A stretch of DNA of 64,000 nt from positions 62,001 to 126,000 of the IMG/VR virus record IMGVR_UViG_3300017917_002466. One strand, 5' to 3'. A model generated the notes under the pieces. It saw only the letters and a list, made by a program, of their open reading frames with translations, was not told where the DNA came from and did not search any database. The position numbers were made by a program, and so were the translations under genes. Positions 1-9,472 of this stretch are shown here, piece by piece; the stretch's first letter is position 1; the number at the start of each line of letters is the position of its first letter.

Positions 1-81
1 ATTCAAAGATTTTTTAATGTACTTGGATGGGGAAATATTGAAATTGAAGAAAATACTTTGTCAGACTTTATTCAGTTTTAG
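1..81 (+). CDS. 3' end of a gene, probably family B DNA polymerase (gp43-like) C-terminus (partial)
   Basis: Frame 1 reads IQRFFNVLGWGNIEIEENTLSDFIQF*, resembling gp43 C-termini; lies upstream of uvsX as in T4-like genomes. Confidence 0.4.
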   Translation: MQRFFNVLGWGNIEIEENTLSDFIQF

Positions 82-92
82 CTGAAAACCCC

Positions 93-121
93 TTGACAAA
101 ATCTAATGAAAATGTTATCTT
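93..121 (+). promoter_or_regulatory. sigma70-type promoter
   Basis: TTGACA-N17-TATCTT with extended TG. Confidence 0.7.
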
Positions 122-152
122 TAAAGAAATACATTACCATCAAGGAGGTATT

Positions 153-1301
153 ATGCGATCATTATATGATATAATAATTAAAGATAAGGAAACCAAAGAC
201 AGTCCACCACTTTCTTCTTATTTGTTTACAGAAGATGAAAAGATTGAGTTTCTTTCAACTAACGTAATTTCGCTTAATCTTCTTTTTAGTGGAAGAGTTG
301 ACGGTGGAATCCCTAAGGGAAGGATTTCAATGATTTCAGCCCCGTCAATGCTTGGTAAGTCTTTCATTGCATATGGACTTGTTAAGAACGCACAAAAGAA
401 GGGGATGCAGGTTTGTATCATTGATACTGAGAGAGCCTTTAGCTTCCAGTTCGCACAAGCTATCGGAATTGATATTAGTCCAGATAAACTTGTTGTTCTT
501 CAAGAAAATGGAATCGAAGAAGTGTCTGGTATGATTATGACAATCTGTAACGAAATTCCAAAGAATGAAAGAAAAGATGTTCTTTTCATTATTGATAGCT
601 GGGGTTCTTTGGTCACTTCCAAAACACTTAATAATGCACTTGTCGGAAACGATGCCGCAGACTTTACAATTCCAAAGAAGAAAAACAATCTTGCCAATAT
701 CATTCTTAATACCAAAGCAACCTATTTCATTGCCAACCATGTTTATGATAACGTCGGTGGAATGGGAGATACTTTGAGTGTGCCTGGTGGAAGAAAAATC
801 GTATTTAATAGCGAATGTGTTATCTTAGGAAGAAGCCGAGCAAAGGAAAAGAAGTCTGCATCAGACCCAACAATTGTCGGTCATATTATTACAGCTGAAA
901 CATACAAGTCAAGATGGTCTAAGGAAAAGTCTAAGCTTCAGTTTAGAATTAAGGTAGATGGTGGTTTAGATATTTTCTATGGTATACTTGATGATGCACT
1001 TGAAGCAGGAGTTGTAGATTCCCCAGCCGCTGGTTCGTTCCGTAGACCAATTATTAATAAGAACGAAAAGATTAAAGAAGCAAATATTTACAATTCAGAA
1101 TTTTGGCTTCCAATTTTTAAGGAAACCGATTTCAAGAAGTGGCTTGAAGCAAAGTATACATTTAGCAGTCCTTTGGATATTTCCAAAGAATCGGATATTT
1201 TGAACATGCTAAATGGAGAACCAATAGTAGAAAATCTATTAGAAGAAAAGAAGGAAGAAAATACAGAAGAAAAGAAAACTTCATCCAAAAAGAAAAAATA
1301 A
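153..1301 (+). CDS. uvsX: UvsX RecA-like recombinase
   Basis: GGIPKGRI, Walker A APSMLGKS, IIDTERA, IIDSWG; ATG at 153 follows GGAGG SD. Confidence 0.9.
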   Translation: MRSLYDIIIKDKETKDSPPLSSYLFTEDEKIEFLSTNVISLNLLFSGRVDGGIPKGRISMISAPSMLGKSFIAYGLVKNAQKKGMQVCIIDTERAFSFQFAQAIGIDISPDKLVVLQENGIEEVSGMIMTICNEIPKNERKDVLFIIDSWGSLVTSKTLNNALVGNDAADFTIPKKKNNLANIILNTKATYFIANHVYDNVGGMGDTLSVPGGRKIVFNSECVILGRSRAKEKKSASDPTIVGHIITAETYKSRWSKEKSKLQFRIKVDGGLDIFYGILDDALEAGVVDSPAAGSFRRPIINKNEKIKEANIYNSEFWLPIFKETDFKKWLEAKYTFSSPLDISKESDILNMLNGEPIVENLLEEKKEENTEEKKTSSKKKK

Positions 1302-2720
1302 ATGGATATTATATTTTTTGAAAAAGTTCTAATTAAGTTCTTGTTTATTGATGAAAAGATTAGGGACAAGGTAATTCCATTCCTTGTCCCTGAAATCTTT
1401 GAAGATCACAAGAACATCCAATTGATTAAGTCAATACTTTCTATTCTTGAAAGGTTTGAGCATTTTCCTTCTATTTCAGAAATGAAGCTTGAACTCAATA
1501 ATGAGGAAGTATTCAATCGTCTTATTGAAATAAAGGAAATGGATATTAATGAGTACAAAAAGGAATTCCTTTTAGAACAGATTGAAGAATTTATCAGAAA
1601 TAAGATGGTTCACAATGTCAATGTTGAGATTGTTATGAGTCTTAATAGTGAAGATAATGAATCTCTTAAACAGGCACCAGATAAACTAAGAGAAGCAATT
1701 GCTTTTAGTTTTGACACAAAAGTTGGACTTGACCTTTTTGATGAAGAAGAAAGATTGTATAATCATCTTCATAATAAAGATAGAGTAATTCCAACAAGTA
1801 TCACACAGTTCAATAGACTTATTGAAGGTGGTTTCCACGAGAAATCTTTGACTTTGTTTATGGCAGAAACCAACCTTGGTAAGTCTCTCATTATGACTTC
1901 TCTTGGAGTAGACTGTATTTTAAGGAACAAAAATGTTCTTTATGTCTCTTGTGAAATGTCAGAAGAAAAGATTTCTGAGCGTGTAATGTCAAATATGTTT
2001 GATATTGCAACAGAAGACTTGAAACTTTTGACAAGAAGTAAGTTCCACGAAAAGTTTGAATCAATTAAAAAGCAGGTCAAAAATAAGTTTGTTATCAAGG
2101 AATATCCAACTAAGTCTATCAGTGTAAATCATATTCGTAACTTGGTCAAGGAACTTAAGGTAAGAAAGAAGTTTGTACCAGACATCATCTTCGTTGACTA
2201 TCTTGGTATTATGAACCCTATCTACCGAAACAAGGGAGATAACACATACCTTGAAGTTAAGAGGATTTCAGAAGAACTTCGTGCCGTTGCTGTAGAACTT
2301 GGTCTTCCAATTGTATCCGCAGTTCAAACTAACCGAGGCGGATTTGGAGACGCTGAAATTGAGCTTACAGACATTTCTGACTCTATTGGAACAGCTGCAA
2401 CAGCTGATATAATTATCGGAGTGACTCAATCAGAAGAGTTCAGAAAAATGGGTAAGTTTAATTGGATTATCTTAAAAAACAGATACGGACTGAATAAACA
2501 TACATTCCCTGTTAATGTGGATTATTACAAAATGCGAATATTTGAAGATGCTAATGCACCAACTACTGAAACAGCGGCATCGATTTCTAAGATTCCACCA
2601 AGCGAAAAAGATAAGCAAAAACAAGTTGATAGTACTGTTCAAGACGTGAAGGATATTTTGAATAAAGACTTAAAAGATAAATTTGATAAAATGATTGGTA
2701 AATTTGACGATATTGAATAA
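1302..2720 (+). CDS. gp41: DnaB-like replicative helicase (gp41)
   Basis: AETNLGKS Walker A, IFVDYLGIM, SAVQTNR, IILKNRYG. Confidence 0.93.
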   Translation: MDIIFFEKVLIKFLFIDEKIRDKVIPFLVPEIFEDHKNIQLIKSILSILERFEHFPSISEMKLELNNEEVFNRLIEIKEMDINEYKKEFLLEQIEEFIRNKMVHNVNVEIVMSLNSEDNESLKQAPDKLREAIAFSFDTKVGLDLFDEEERLYNHLHNKDRVIPTSITQFNRLIEGGFHEKSLTLFMAETNLGKSLIMTSLGVDCILRNKNVLYVSCEMSEEKISERVMSNMFDIATEDLKLLTRSKFHEKFESIKKQVKNKFVIKEYPTKSISVNHIRNLVKELKVRKKFVPDIIFVDYLGIMNPIYRNKGDNTYLEVKRISEELRAVAVELGLPIVSAVQTNRGGFGDAEIELTDISDSIGTAATADIIIGVTQSEEFRKMGKFNWIILKNRYGLNKHTFPVNVDYYKMRIFEDANAPTTETAASISKIPPSEKDKQKQVDSTVQDVKDILNKDLKDKFDKMIGKFDDIE

Positions 2721-2732
2721 GGAGTTTAAAAA

Positions 2733-3113
2733 ATGTCAAAACACAAAATAGTTTTTGAAAAAGACGAAGAAAAAACCAATGAACAAGAATTTATTAATGA
2801 TATTCAAAAGACCGAGTTCTTTGATTGGTTAAATAAAAATGGTTATTCATTTGAAGATATTAAAGAAATTCTTGATGGCAAAAGAATAAGCGCAGAAGAG
2901 CAAAGTCATTTTAATATTACTCTAAGAAGAGCCAAGAAAGAAATTAATATTAGCTTAACTGAAATAATTGTATATCTTGAAGAATTTTTTGTTAAGTTTA
3001 AGAAAATTCTTACTATTTTAGACGGAGAAACCAAATTTGAGTTGAAGAAAGAACTTTCATCTAACTACAAAATAAAGTTGGATAAAAACAGTTTAAGTCA
3101 AATATTAGGATAG
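2733..3113 (+). CDS. Hypothetical, possibly gp33-like late transcription coactivator
   Basis: Size and position in gp33-gp59-gp32 synteny; sequence similarity weak. Confidence 0.4.
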   Translation: MSKHKIVFEKDEEKTNEQEFINDIQKTEFFDWLNKNGYSFEDIKEILDGKRISAEEQSHFNITLRRAKKEINISLTEIIVYLEEFFVKFKKILTILDGETKFELKKELSSNYKIKLDKNSLSQILG

Positions 3114-3115
3114 TT

Positions 3116-3715
3116 ATGGAAAAGTCAACGTTGATGGTATATTCTGTTATTCAGAATGTTTATACTTTTGTTCAAAGAGATAAAGATATTGATTTATTCA
3201 AAAAAGTATATTATATAAAATTTCAAAAAGCTCCAAAGTTGTTTTTTGAAAATTCTAAACGAATTTATAGTGAAATAGAAAACGGATATTACACATATCA
3301 CGAGCTTGCTATATTTGTGTTATATCGTTGTATGATGGGAGAAAAGAAAATTAATTGGTATGGAATTAGACAGAAGACAGTTAGAGAGGCAATGAAACTT
3401 TTTACAGTTCAAAGACTAAATGAAGACTTAAAAATTATCAAACAAATACATAAAGAACTTAACTTTAAAAGAGGACTTAAAGAATACTTTGAGATCAAAG
3501 AAGATGGTACAAATATTGCTTATATCTTGACAAAAAAAGAAAGGATTTCCCCGATATTTTTTATCAGAAATTTTGATAAAGCCTTGACAAACCAAAATGA
3601 AAATGTTATAATTAATACAAGTAGAGAGTACAAGCAATTCCAAAGAATTGCCAAAAAAATAAAAGAAACCTTAAAAGGAGATTCGTTAGATGAACAAGCA
3701 GAAATTCAAGATTGA
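3116..3715 (+). CDS. Probable gp59-like helicase loader
   Basis: Basic ~200 aa protein immediately before gp32 (T4 synteny). Confidence 0.55.
   Translation: MEKSTLMVYSVIQNVYTFVQRDKDIDLFKKVYYIKFQKAPKLFFENSKRIYSEIENGYYTYHELAIFVLYRCMMGEKKINWYGIRQKTVREAMKLFTVQRLNEDLKIIKQIHKELNFKRGLKEYFEIKEDGTNIAYILTKKERISPIFFIRNFDKALTNQNENVIINTSREYKQFQRIAKKIKETLKGDSLDEQAEIQD
3584..3612 (+). promoter_or_regulatory. sigma70-type promoter for gp32
   Basis: TTGACA-N17-TATAAT with extended TG. Confidence 0.8.
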
Positions 3716-4595
3716 TTGGTCAAAAGCAATGGACAAAATTCGTGAACAGAGTGACAAGAAGGGAGGAAATGGCTTCAAGGACGAAAGAATTTATTATCCT
3801 CAGTTCAATGAAAACGGAACCGCTCAGGCTATCATTCGTTTTCTTCCTTCTCCTGACACTGATATTCCTTATGTTAGTGTTTACACACACTCTATCAAAG
3901 GACCAGGAGGATGGTATATTGAAAATTGTCCAACAACTTTGAAAAAGGAATGCCCGGTTTGTAAGGCCAACTCTGCAATTTGGGACTCTGACCCAGATAC
4001 AGCAAGGTCAAGAAAGAGAAAGCAGAATTATTTTTCCAATATTCTTGTTATCAAAGACCCGCTTAATCCAGAGAATGAAGGCAAAGTCTTCATTTACAAG
4101 TATGGAAAAAAAGTTCACGACAAGATTATGGAAAGACTTCAGCCAGGTACAGACTCTATTGAAGAGCCCGTAATGATCTTTGACTATTACGATGGAGCAG
4201 ACTTCAAGCTCATTATTAAGAGGGTCAAGGTTGGAAGCGTATCAATGCCAAACTATGACAGTTGTGGATTTGATAAGCCTTCACCAGTCGGAACAGACGA
4301 AGAAATTGAGAAGATCAGTAAGTCTCTTTATGGACTTTCTGAGTTTGCCGCCGAAAGTACTTTCAAGAGCTATGATGAGCTTGAGAGTAAGTTTGACAGA
4401 GTTATGGGAAGTAGTGGTTCTGCTCCAAGAGAATCAGCACCAAGACAGTCAAGCGCACCGGCACAGGCATCAAGTAAGCCGGCCCAAGCAAAGGCTGAGC
4501 CAACTACAAAGACTGCCGATGCGACAGTGTTTGCAGGAAATGACGATGAGTTCTTCAATGATCTTCAAAATGAAGATGAAGGCGAAGATAAGTAA
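3690..4595 (+). CDS. gp32: Single-stranded DNA-binding protein (gp32)
   Basis: AIIRFLP, GGWYIENCPTT, CPVC, GKVFIYKYGKK, NYDSC, acidic tail. Confidence 0.95.
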   Translation: MNKQKFKIDWSKAMDKIREQSDKKGGNGFKDERIYYPQFNENGTAQAIIRFLPSPDTDIPYVSVYTHSIKGPGGWYIENCPTTLKKECPVCKANSAIWDSDPDTARSRKRKQNYFSNILVIKDPLNPENEGKVFIYKYGKKVHDKIMERLQPGTDSIEEPVMIFDYYDGADFKLIIKRVKVGSVSMPNYDSCGFDKPSPVGTDEEIEKISKSLYGLSEFAAESTFKSYDELESKFDRVMGSSGSAPRESAPRQSSAPAQASSKPAQAKAEPTTKTADATVFAGNDDEFFNDLQNEDEGEDK

Positions 4596-4625
4596 TTGTT
4601 AGTAGACGAGTGTTCATGTTTGGAC

Positions 4626-4660
4626 AATAGGGGAGTGGAGAAACCTTACTCCCCTATTTT
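4626..4660 (+). terminator. Rho-independent terminator
   Basis: AATAGGGGAGT/ACTCCCCTATT hairpin plus T tract after gp32. Confidence 0.8.
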
Positions 4661-4683
4661 ATTCAGGACTTAAGCATAAAAAA

Positions 4684-4789
4684 CATAAATACTCATAGGA
4701 TGTGTTGGGACAGAGGCCGTACACCTTTTTTCGCCCTAACGAAATTACCAACCATCTCTTACCGTCAACCTTTAGGGAGGTATCTTATG
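4684..4789 (+). promoter_or_regulatory. Late promoter variant plus conserved HEG leader RNA, copy 1
   Basis: CATAAATA; P1-GACAG-P2-TT-P3-TTA-P1'; P3 loop CCCTAA complementary to TTAGGG in the SD hairpin. Confidence 0.85.
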
Positions 4790-5506
4790 AGTATTATTTA
4801 CAAAATAACTAATTTAATTAACGGAAAGATTTACATTGGTCAACATTATACATCAGCAGATGATGGTTATTTGGGTTCTGGTAAATGGATTAAAAGAGCC
4901 ATTAAAAAGTACGGTAAAGAAAACTTCATACGTGAAACAATTGAGTTTTGTACTTCTGCTAATGTAGACGAAAAAGAAGTTTACTGGGTTAATAAGTTGG
5001 GTGCTACTAATCCTAAAGTTGGATATAATATTGATAAAGGCGGAACTGGTCGTTCACCAGGCTATAAACATTCAAAAGAAACCAAAGAAAAACTCAGACA
5101 AATTAATCTCCAAAGAGAAATAAAACCAGAATGGATAGAAAAATTTAAAAAAGTTAGAAAAGGATATAAACACAAAGAAAAAACTAAAAATAAAATATCT
5201 ATTAAACACAAAGGAATTAAACATTCAGAAGAAACTAAGAAATTATTGAGTTTAGTTTTTAAAGGTTTAACTAAAAAGAAATGGACTAAAAAACGAAAAG
5301 AACAAAGAATTAAAGAAACTATAGAAAACAATAAGTCAAAATCAAAATTTTCATACATTTTATCAAATAATGAAGACTTTTGGCAGTTAAATAAAAAACA
5401 AAGATTTATTATCAAAAGACAATTTCAACGTAAAAATACTGACATAATTGTTTATAAAGGTATAACTATTGAAAGGCATCTTAAAAATGAAAACTTTTCA
5501 AATTGA
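4787..5506 (+). CDS. Free-standing GIY-YIG homing endonuclease
   Basis: IIYKITNLINGKIYIGQH, YLGSG, NUMOD3-like KHSEETK repeats. Confidence 0.92.
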   Translation: MSIIYKITNLINGKIYIGQHYTSADDGYLGSGKWIKRAIKKYGKENFIRETIEFCTSANVDEKEVYWVNKLGATNPKVGYNIDKGGTGRSPGYKHSKETKEKLRQINLQREIKPEWIEKFKKVRKGYKHKEKTKNKISIKHKGIKHSEETKKLLSLVFKGLTKKKWTKKRKEQRIKETIENNKSKSKFSYILSNNEDFWQLNKKQRFIIKRQFQRKNTDIIVYKGITIERHLKNENFSN

Positions 5507-6476
5507 AAATAATATTGCTCTTGAAAGACAAATAAGACTAATATTAAGTAGTTTTAATAACGTTACTTATGAAGATAATTATTATCAATTTAGATGTAAT
5601 GTATGTGGCGATAGTAAAAAATCTAAATCTAAAAAAAGAGCTTATATATTAAAAAATAAGCAACCATATATGATGTATTGCCACAACTGTTTTTATAATA
5701 AGCCCGTTTTTATATGGATGAAAGAATTTTTTCCATCTTATTATAAAAGTTATATTAGCGAAATTTTAACAAATAAACAAAAGGCAAAACCTTTGCCAAA
5801 GATAGAGAATCCAAAGGTAAGAAAGAAGTACGAAGAAAAAGAACAGACTAAGTTTTTTATTCCAATACAGAAGGGAATTACACCACTTTTTGCGAAGGCA
5901 ATTAGAACTTGTATTGACAGAAAAATACCAGAAGAAGTTTGGAGTAAGTGGTTTGTTGCAATAGGTGGTAATTATAATAATCGACTGATAATACCATTCT
6001 TTGACAAATTCGGAAAAATATATTATTATCAAGGAAGAGCACTTTTTGACTATATACAACCAAAGTATCTCTCCCGCAAAGGAGATTTCAATAGCATCTA
6101 CAACTACTTCTTGGTTGACAAAGACAAGCCAGTTGTCATACTTGAAGGGCCAATTGATAGTATCTTCGTAGAGAATTCAATTGCACTAACAGGAGTCAAG
6201 ACCGAGGATAAGAAGCTATCGGAATTTCCACACAAGAGATACCTGATTGACTTTGATGCGACGACCGAGGAAACTAAAAAGAAGACTGTAGAGCTTCTTG
6301 GAAAAGGTGAGTATGTATTCTGTTGGAAGAAGTTTATGAAAGCATTCAATCTTCCAATGAAAGATAAGTGGGATATTAATGACGTTTGTATTCATTTGAA
6401 TAGAGGAAAGTTTGCTTATAGTGAGTTAGAACCTTTCTTTACCAATTCACTTTTTGATAAGGTATTTTTTATATGA
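5487..6476 (+). CDS. gp61: DNA primase (gp61)
   Basis: Zn finger RCNVCGDS..CHNC, RLIIPF, QGR, TOPRIM EGPIDS, DIND. Confidence 0.93.
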   Translation: MKTFQIENNIALERQIRLILSSFNNVTYEDNYYQFRCNVCGDSKKSKSKKRAYILKNKQPYMMYCHNCFYNKPVFIWMKEFFPSYYKSYISEILTNKQKAKPLPKIENPKVRKKYEEKEQTKFFIPIQKGITPLFAKAIRTCIDRKIPEEVWSKWFVAIGGNYNNRLIIPFFDKFGKIYYYQGRALFDYIQPKYLSRKGDFNSIYNYFLVDKDKPVVILEGPIDSIFVENSIALTGVKTEDKKLSEFPHKRYLIDFDATTEETKKKTVELLGKGEYVFCWKKFMKAFNLPMKDKWDINDVCIHLNRGKFAYSELEPFFTNSLFDKVFFI

Positions 6477-6664
6477 CCAAAGAACAAAAAGATTTTATTC
6501 AAGCCCTTTTATCTGAAGTGTATGTAAGAAATAAAGAAGGATTAAATACGTTACGAAAAAATGACGATAATCCTTTAGCAGAAGCCGAATATCTTACGAG
6601 AATGAAATTCATTGAGGAAACGTATAAAGAGGTTGAAAGGTATGGTAAGATGGAAAGTCAATAA
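6473..6664 (+). CDS. Hypothetical protein
   Basis: Coupled ORF in operon. Confidence 0.55.
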   Translation: MTKEQKDFIQALLSEVYVRNKEGLNTLRKNDDNPLAEAEYLTRMKFIEETYKEVERYGKMESQ

Positions 6665-6998
6665 GAACGAAAAGGATAATTATGCAAAGCTCAAAAATAT
6701 GACCGATATTTTGAGCCATAAAGAAAGTATCCTTAGAGAGTTCAAAGAAGATGCTCGTCAACGTCTTGATGAGTGGTTTGAAAAACTTGAAAGTGAAAAA
6801 ATCTTTAACTGGTCAGGTTGGTTTGGTTTTTTTGGTTTAATCGCTCTTCCATTAGTAAGAAGAACTTTTCCAACTTTATTTGCAAACCAGATAGTTGGTG
6901 TTCAGGCTATGTCATCACCAGTTGGCCTTGCATATGCTCTGAGAGTATGTTATAATACCAATGACGAGGATGGTTTAAGTGCCAAAAATAACGTATAA
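6642..6998 (+). CDS. Small protein carrying a gp23 major-capsid N-terminal motif
   Basis: LPLVRRTFPTLFANQIVGVQAMSSPVGLAYALR matches the gp23-type LVRR..P.L.A..I.GVQPM..P.GL segment. Confidence 0.7.
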   Translation: MVRWKVNKNEKDNYAKLKNMTDILSHKESILREFKEDARQRLDEWFEKLESEKIFNWSGWFGFFGLIALPLVRRTFPTLFANQIVGVQAMSSPVGLAYALRVCYNTNDEDGLSAKNNV

Positions 6999-7572
6999 CG
7001 GAATTGACTTTGATTCAGAGGAAGAAAGACTTTTCTATCTTTACCTTGAAGAACTCAAGGCAAATGGATTTGTAAAAGACTATGATTTTCACGTAAAAAG
7101 TTTTGTTTTATCAGAACCAGTAAAATATAACTGGATAAAGAAAATCAAAACTAAACAAAAACAAATGGAAAGTACTTTGTTACAGGGTCATATCTATACA
7201 CCCGATTATTGGATTGAATGGACTCCAAAGGCTCTTGGAATCTTCTACTTTGGTGCTTTTGATGAAGAAAATAAGATGGATGAAATACCATTTATCAACA
7301 ATATTGGTAGTGATGGGAATTATGCAGGAACATATGTTGAAGTTAAACCTTCTTTTGATATGAATAATATGCAGAGGCTATTCGCAATCAATCAAAAGTG
7401 GATGTATCAAGAGTATGGGATATATGTTCAAAAGATAATACCGATAGGTAAACCAAACTGTCTGTTTGCTAAAACATTCGTACCGCAAGAAGCAATGCTA
7501 ACAGCTAAAACAAAACAACCTAAAAAATATAAATTTGAAACTAAATCTCTTGAGGAATTTTTGAAAACATGA
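6979..7572 (+). CDS. PD-(D/E)XK nuclease-like protein (DUF1064-like)
   Basis: GIDFDSEEE, YTPDY, YVEVK. Confidence 0.6.
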   Translation: MPKITYNGIDFDSEEERLFYLYLEELKANGFVKDYDFHVKSFVLSEPVKYNWIKKIKTKQKQMESTLLQGHIYTPDYWIEWTPKALGIFYFGAFDEENKMDEIPFINNIGSDGNYAGTYVEVKPSFDMNNMQRLFAINQKWMYQEYGIYVQKIIPIGKPNCLFAKTFVPQEAMLTAKTKQPKKYKFETKSLEEFLKT

Positions 7573-7582
7573 TGATAATTTA

Positions 7583-7690
7583 TATAAATAATCATAAGAT
7601 AGATTGGGACAGCTTCGACGGAAGTTTTCTATCCACATTAGAATTACCAATCAATCTCTTACTAATAACCTTATGTGGAGGTATCTTATG
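7583..7690 (+). promoter_or_regulatory. Late promoter plus HEG leader RNA, copy 2
   Basis: TATAAATA; same fold; loop TCCACAT pairs ATGTGGA overlapping the SD. Confidence 0.87.
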
Positions 7691-8542
7691 AGTATTATTT
7701 ACAAAACTACTAATCTAATCAACGGTAAAATTTATGTTGGACAACATAATACATCAGCAGATGATGGTTATTTGGGTTCTGGATTAAAGATTATAAAAGC
7801 TATAAAGAAATATGGCAAAGAAAATTTTAAAAGAGAAATTCTTGAATATTGTACTTCTGCTAATATTGATGAAAAAGAAATTTTTTGGGTTAATAAATTA
7901 GATTCTACAAATCCAGAAGTTGGTTATAATTTAGATTCTGGTGGTACAGGTTCTTTTAGAACAAGAACACAAGATTTTAAAAATAAAATAAGACAAATTA
8001 ATAAAAATATAGGAAAATGGAAAGGTGAAAATAATCCCATGTTTGGAATTAAAAGATGTGGAAAAGAAAATCCAAATTTTGGTAACAAATGGAACGCAGA
8101 TCAAAAACAAAAAATGAGTGTAATTCATAAAGGTAAAAAAATTTCAGAAGAACAAAAAGAAAAACAAAGACAAAGTATGTTAGGTAAAGTTAAAAGCGAA
8201 GAATCCAAAAGAAAACAAAGTCGGTCAATGATTGGAAAAAACATTGGAAAAAACATTGGAAAAATACGAAGTAAAGAATTCAAAGAAAATTTAAGTAAAA
8301 AATTAAAAGGAAAAAAATACTCAGAAGAACATAAACAAAAAATAAGTTTAGCTAAACAAGGTTATAATAATCCTTCGGCTAAATGGATATATGTATTATC
8401 TAATGGAATGAATTTTTATGAATATTTTTCTAAAAAAGAAAGACATAATATTAAAGAAACATTTAGAAGAAAAAAAGTTTTGGAGATTGAATATAAAAAT
8501 GTTATAATACATAAAACAATCAAGGAGGTTGTAAATGATTAA
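7688..8542 (+). CDS. Free-standing GIY-YIG homing endonuclease
   Basis: IIYKTTNLINGKIYVGQH, YLGSG, GENNPMFG NUMOD3-like repeats. Confidence 0.92.
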   Translation: MSIIYKTTNLINGKIYVGQHNTSADDGYLGSGLKIIKAIKKYGKENFKREILEYCTSANIDEKEIFWVNKLDSTNPEVGYNLDSGGTGSFRTRTQDFKNKIRQINKNIGKWKGENNPMFGIKRCGKENPNFGNKWNADQKQKMSVIHKGKKISEEQKEKQRQSMLGKVKSEESKRKQSRSMIGKNIGKNIGKIRSKEFKENLSKKLKGKKYSEEHKQKISLAKQGYNNPSAKWIYVLSNGMNFYEYFSKKERHNIKETFRRKKVLEIEYKNVIIHKTIKEVVND

Positions 8543-9460
8543 AAGTTCATTATCAGAATTATTTTCGGTTGAAGACCAACAAAAAATTGAAACGAGTCAA
8601 AATAAAATATTAATTTTCGATGGACATAATTTAGCATATAGAACGCTCTTTTCGGCTATCTTTATGAATCCTCAAGATAACGAAAAGTTTTTTTTTTTTG
8701 GAGGCACTTATTTCTAAATAGCTTCTTCAACACCATTGTTAAGTTCAATCCTTCTAAAGTTATCTTGGCGTTTGATACAAAAGGAAGTTGGCGATATAGG
8801 ATTTTCCCAGAGTATAAATCAAATAGAAAAGATGCAAGAGATAAGGCTGTAGTTAACTTTGAGAAGTTCTTTCCAATCTTTGAGGAATTCCGTAGAGACA
8901 TCAAAGAAACTTTTTCATCAATTTATGTTATGGATTATCCACACGCCGAAGCTGATGATATTATTGCTGTACTCTGTCGTGGACAGTTCAAAGAAAATCA
9001 GAATGTCATTGTTTCTACCGATAAAGATTTGCACCAACTTCTGACCGAGAAGAACAACCAACAGTTTGACCCAATCAATAATAAAATCGTTTCTTGTATA
9101 AATCCTCGGAGGGAGCTTGATCTTAAAATCATCACCGGAGATAAGAGTGATGCTATTCCTTCAATCAAGCCAAGAATAGGTCTTGCAACTGCCGAAGGAA
9201 TACTTAAGCAAGGAATTGAAGATTTCTTGGAAGAAGAAGGCAACGAACAATATAAAGATAACTACACGCGAAACTGTGTGCTTATTGATTTCAATTTTAT
9301 TCCAAAGGATTTGGCGGATGGTATAATAAATACCTATTGTACATATCAGATCGGAGCAATAGAAAGTTCCAAGATAATGAACTTTTTCTCTAAAAACCGT
9401 TTAAGTAAGATGATGGATGAGTGGCAAAACTTTGGACCACTTATTAAGTCATTAAAATAG
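8535..9460 (+). CDS. rnh: RNase H / 5'-3' flap exonuclease, split by a frameshift in a T12 run
   Basis: ILIFDGHNLAYR (8535-8717) continues as WRHLFLNSFF..LAFD..WR..YK.NR..EADDII..STDKD..GDKSD after a -1 shift at 8688-8699. Confidence 0.85.
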
Positions 9461-9472
9461 GATGTTAAAATA

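Noticed and set aside
4699-4760. HEG leader as a hammerhead, twister, pistol or canonical cobalamin riboswitch
   Set aside because: It lacks CUGAUGA/GAAA, the twister and pistol cores, and the B12-box/P6. Only the kissing-loop architecture is analogous.
4700-4786. Upstream in-frame starts for HEGs given by the ORF track (4700, 7604, 9564; also 50593 for the minus-strand ORF)
   Set aside because: These run through leader RNA. The SD-linked starts are 4787, 7688, 9576 and 50470.
8231-8264. 12-bp tandem repeat ATTGGAAAAAAC (IGKN x~3)
   Set aside because: An in-frame slippage duplication in a repetitive HEG linker, with no sign of separate function.
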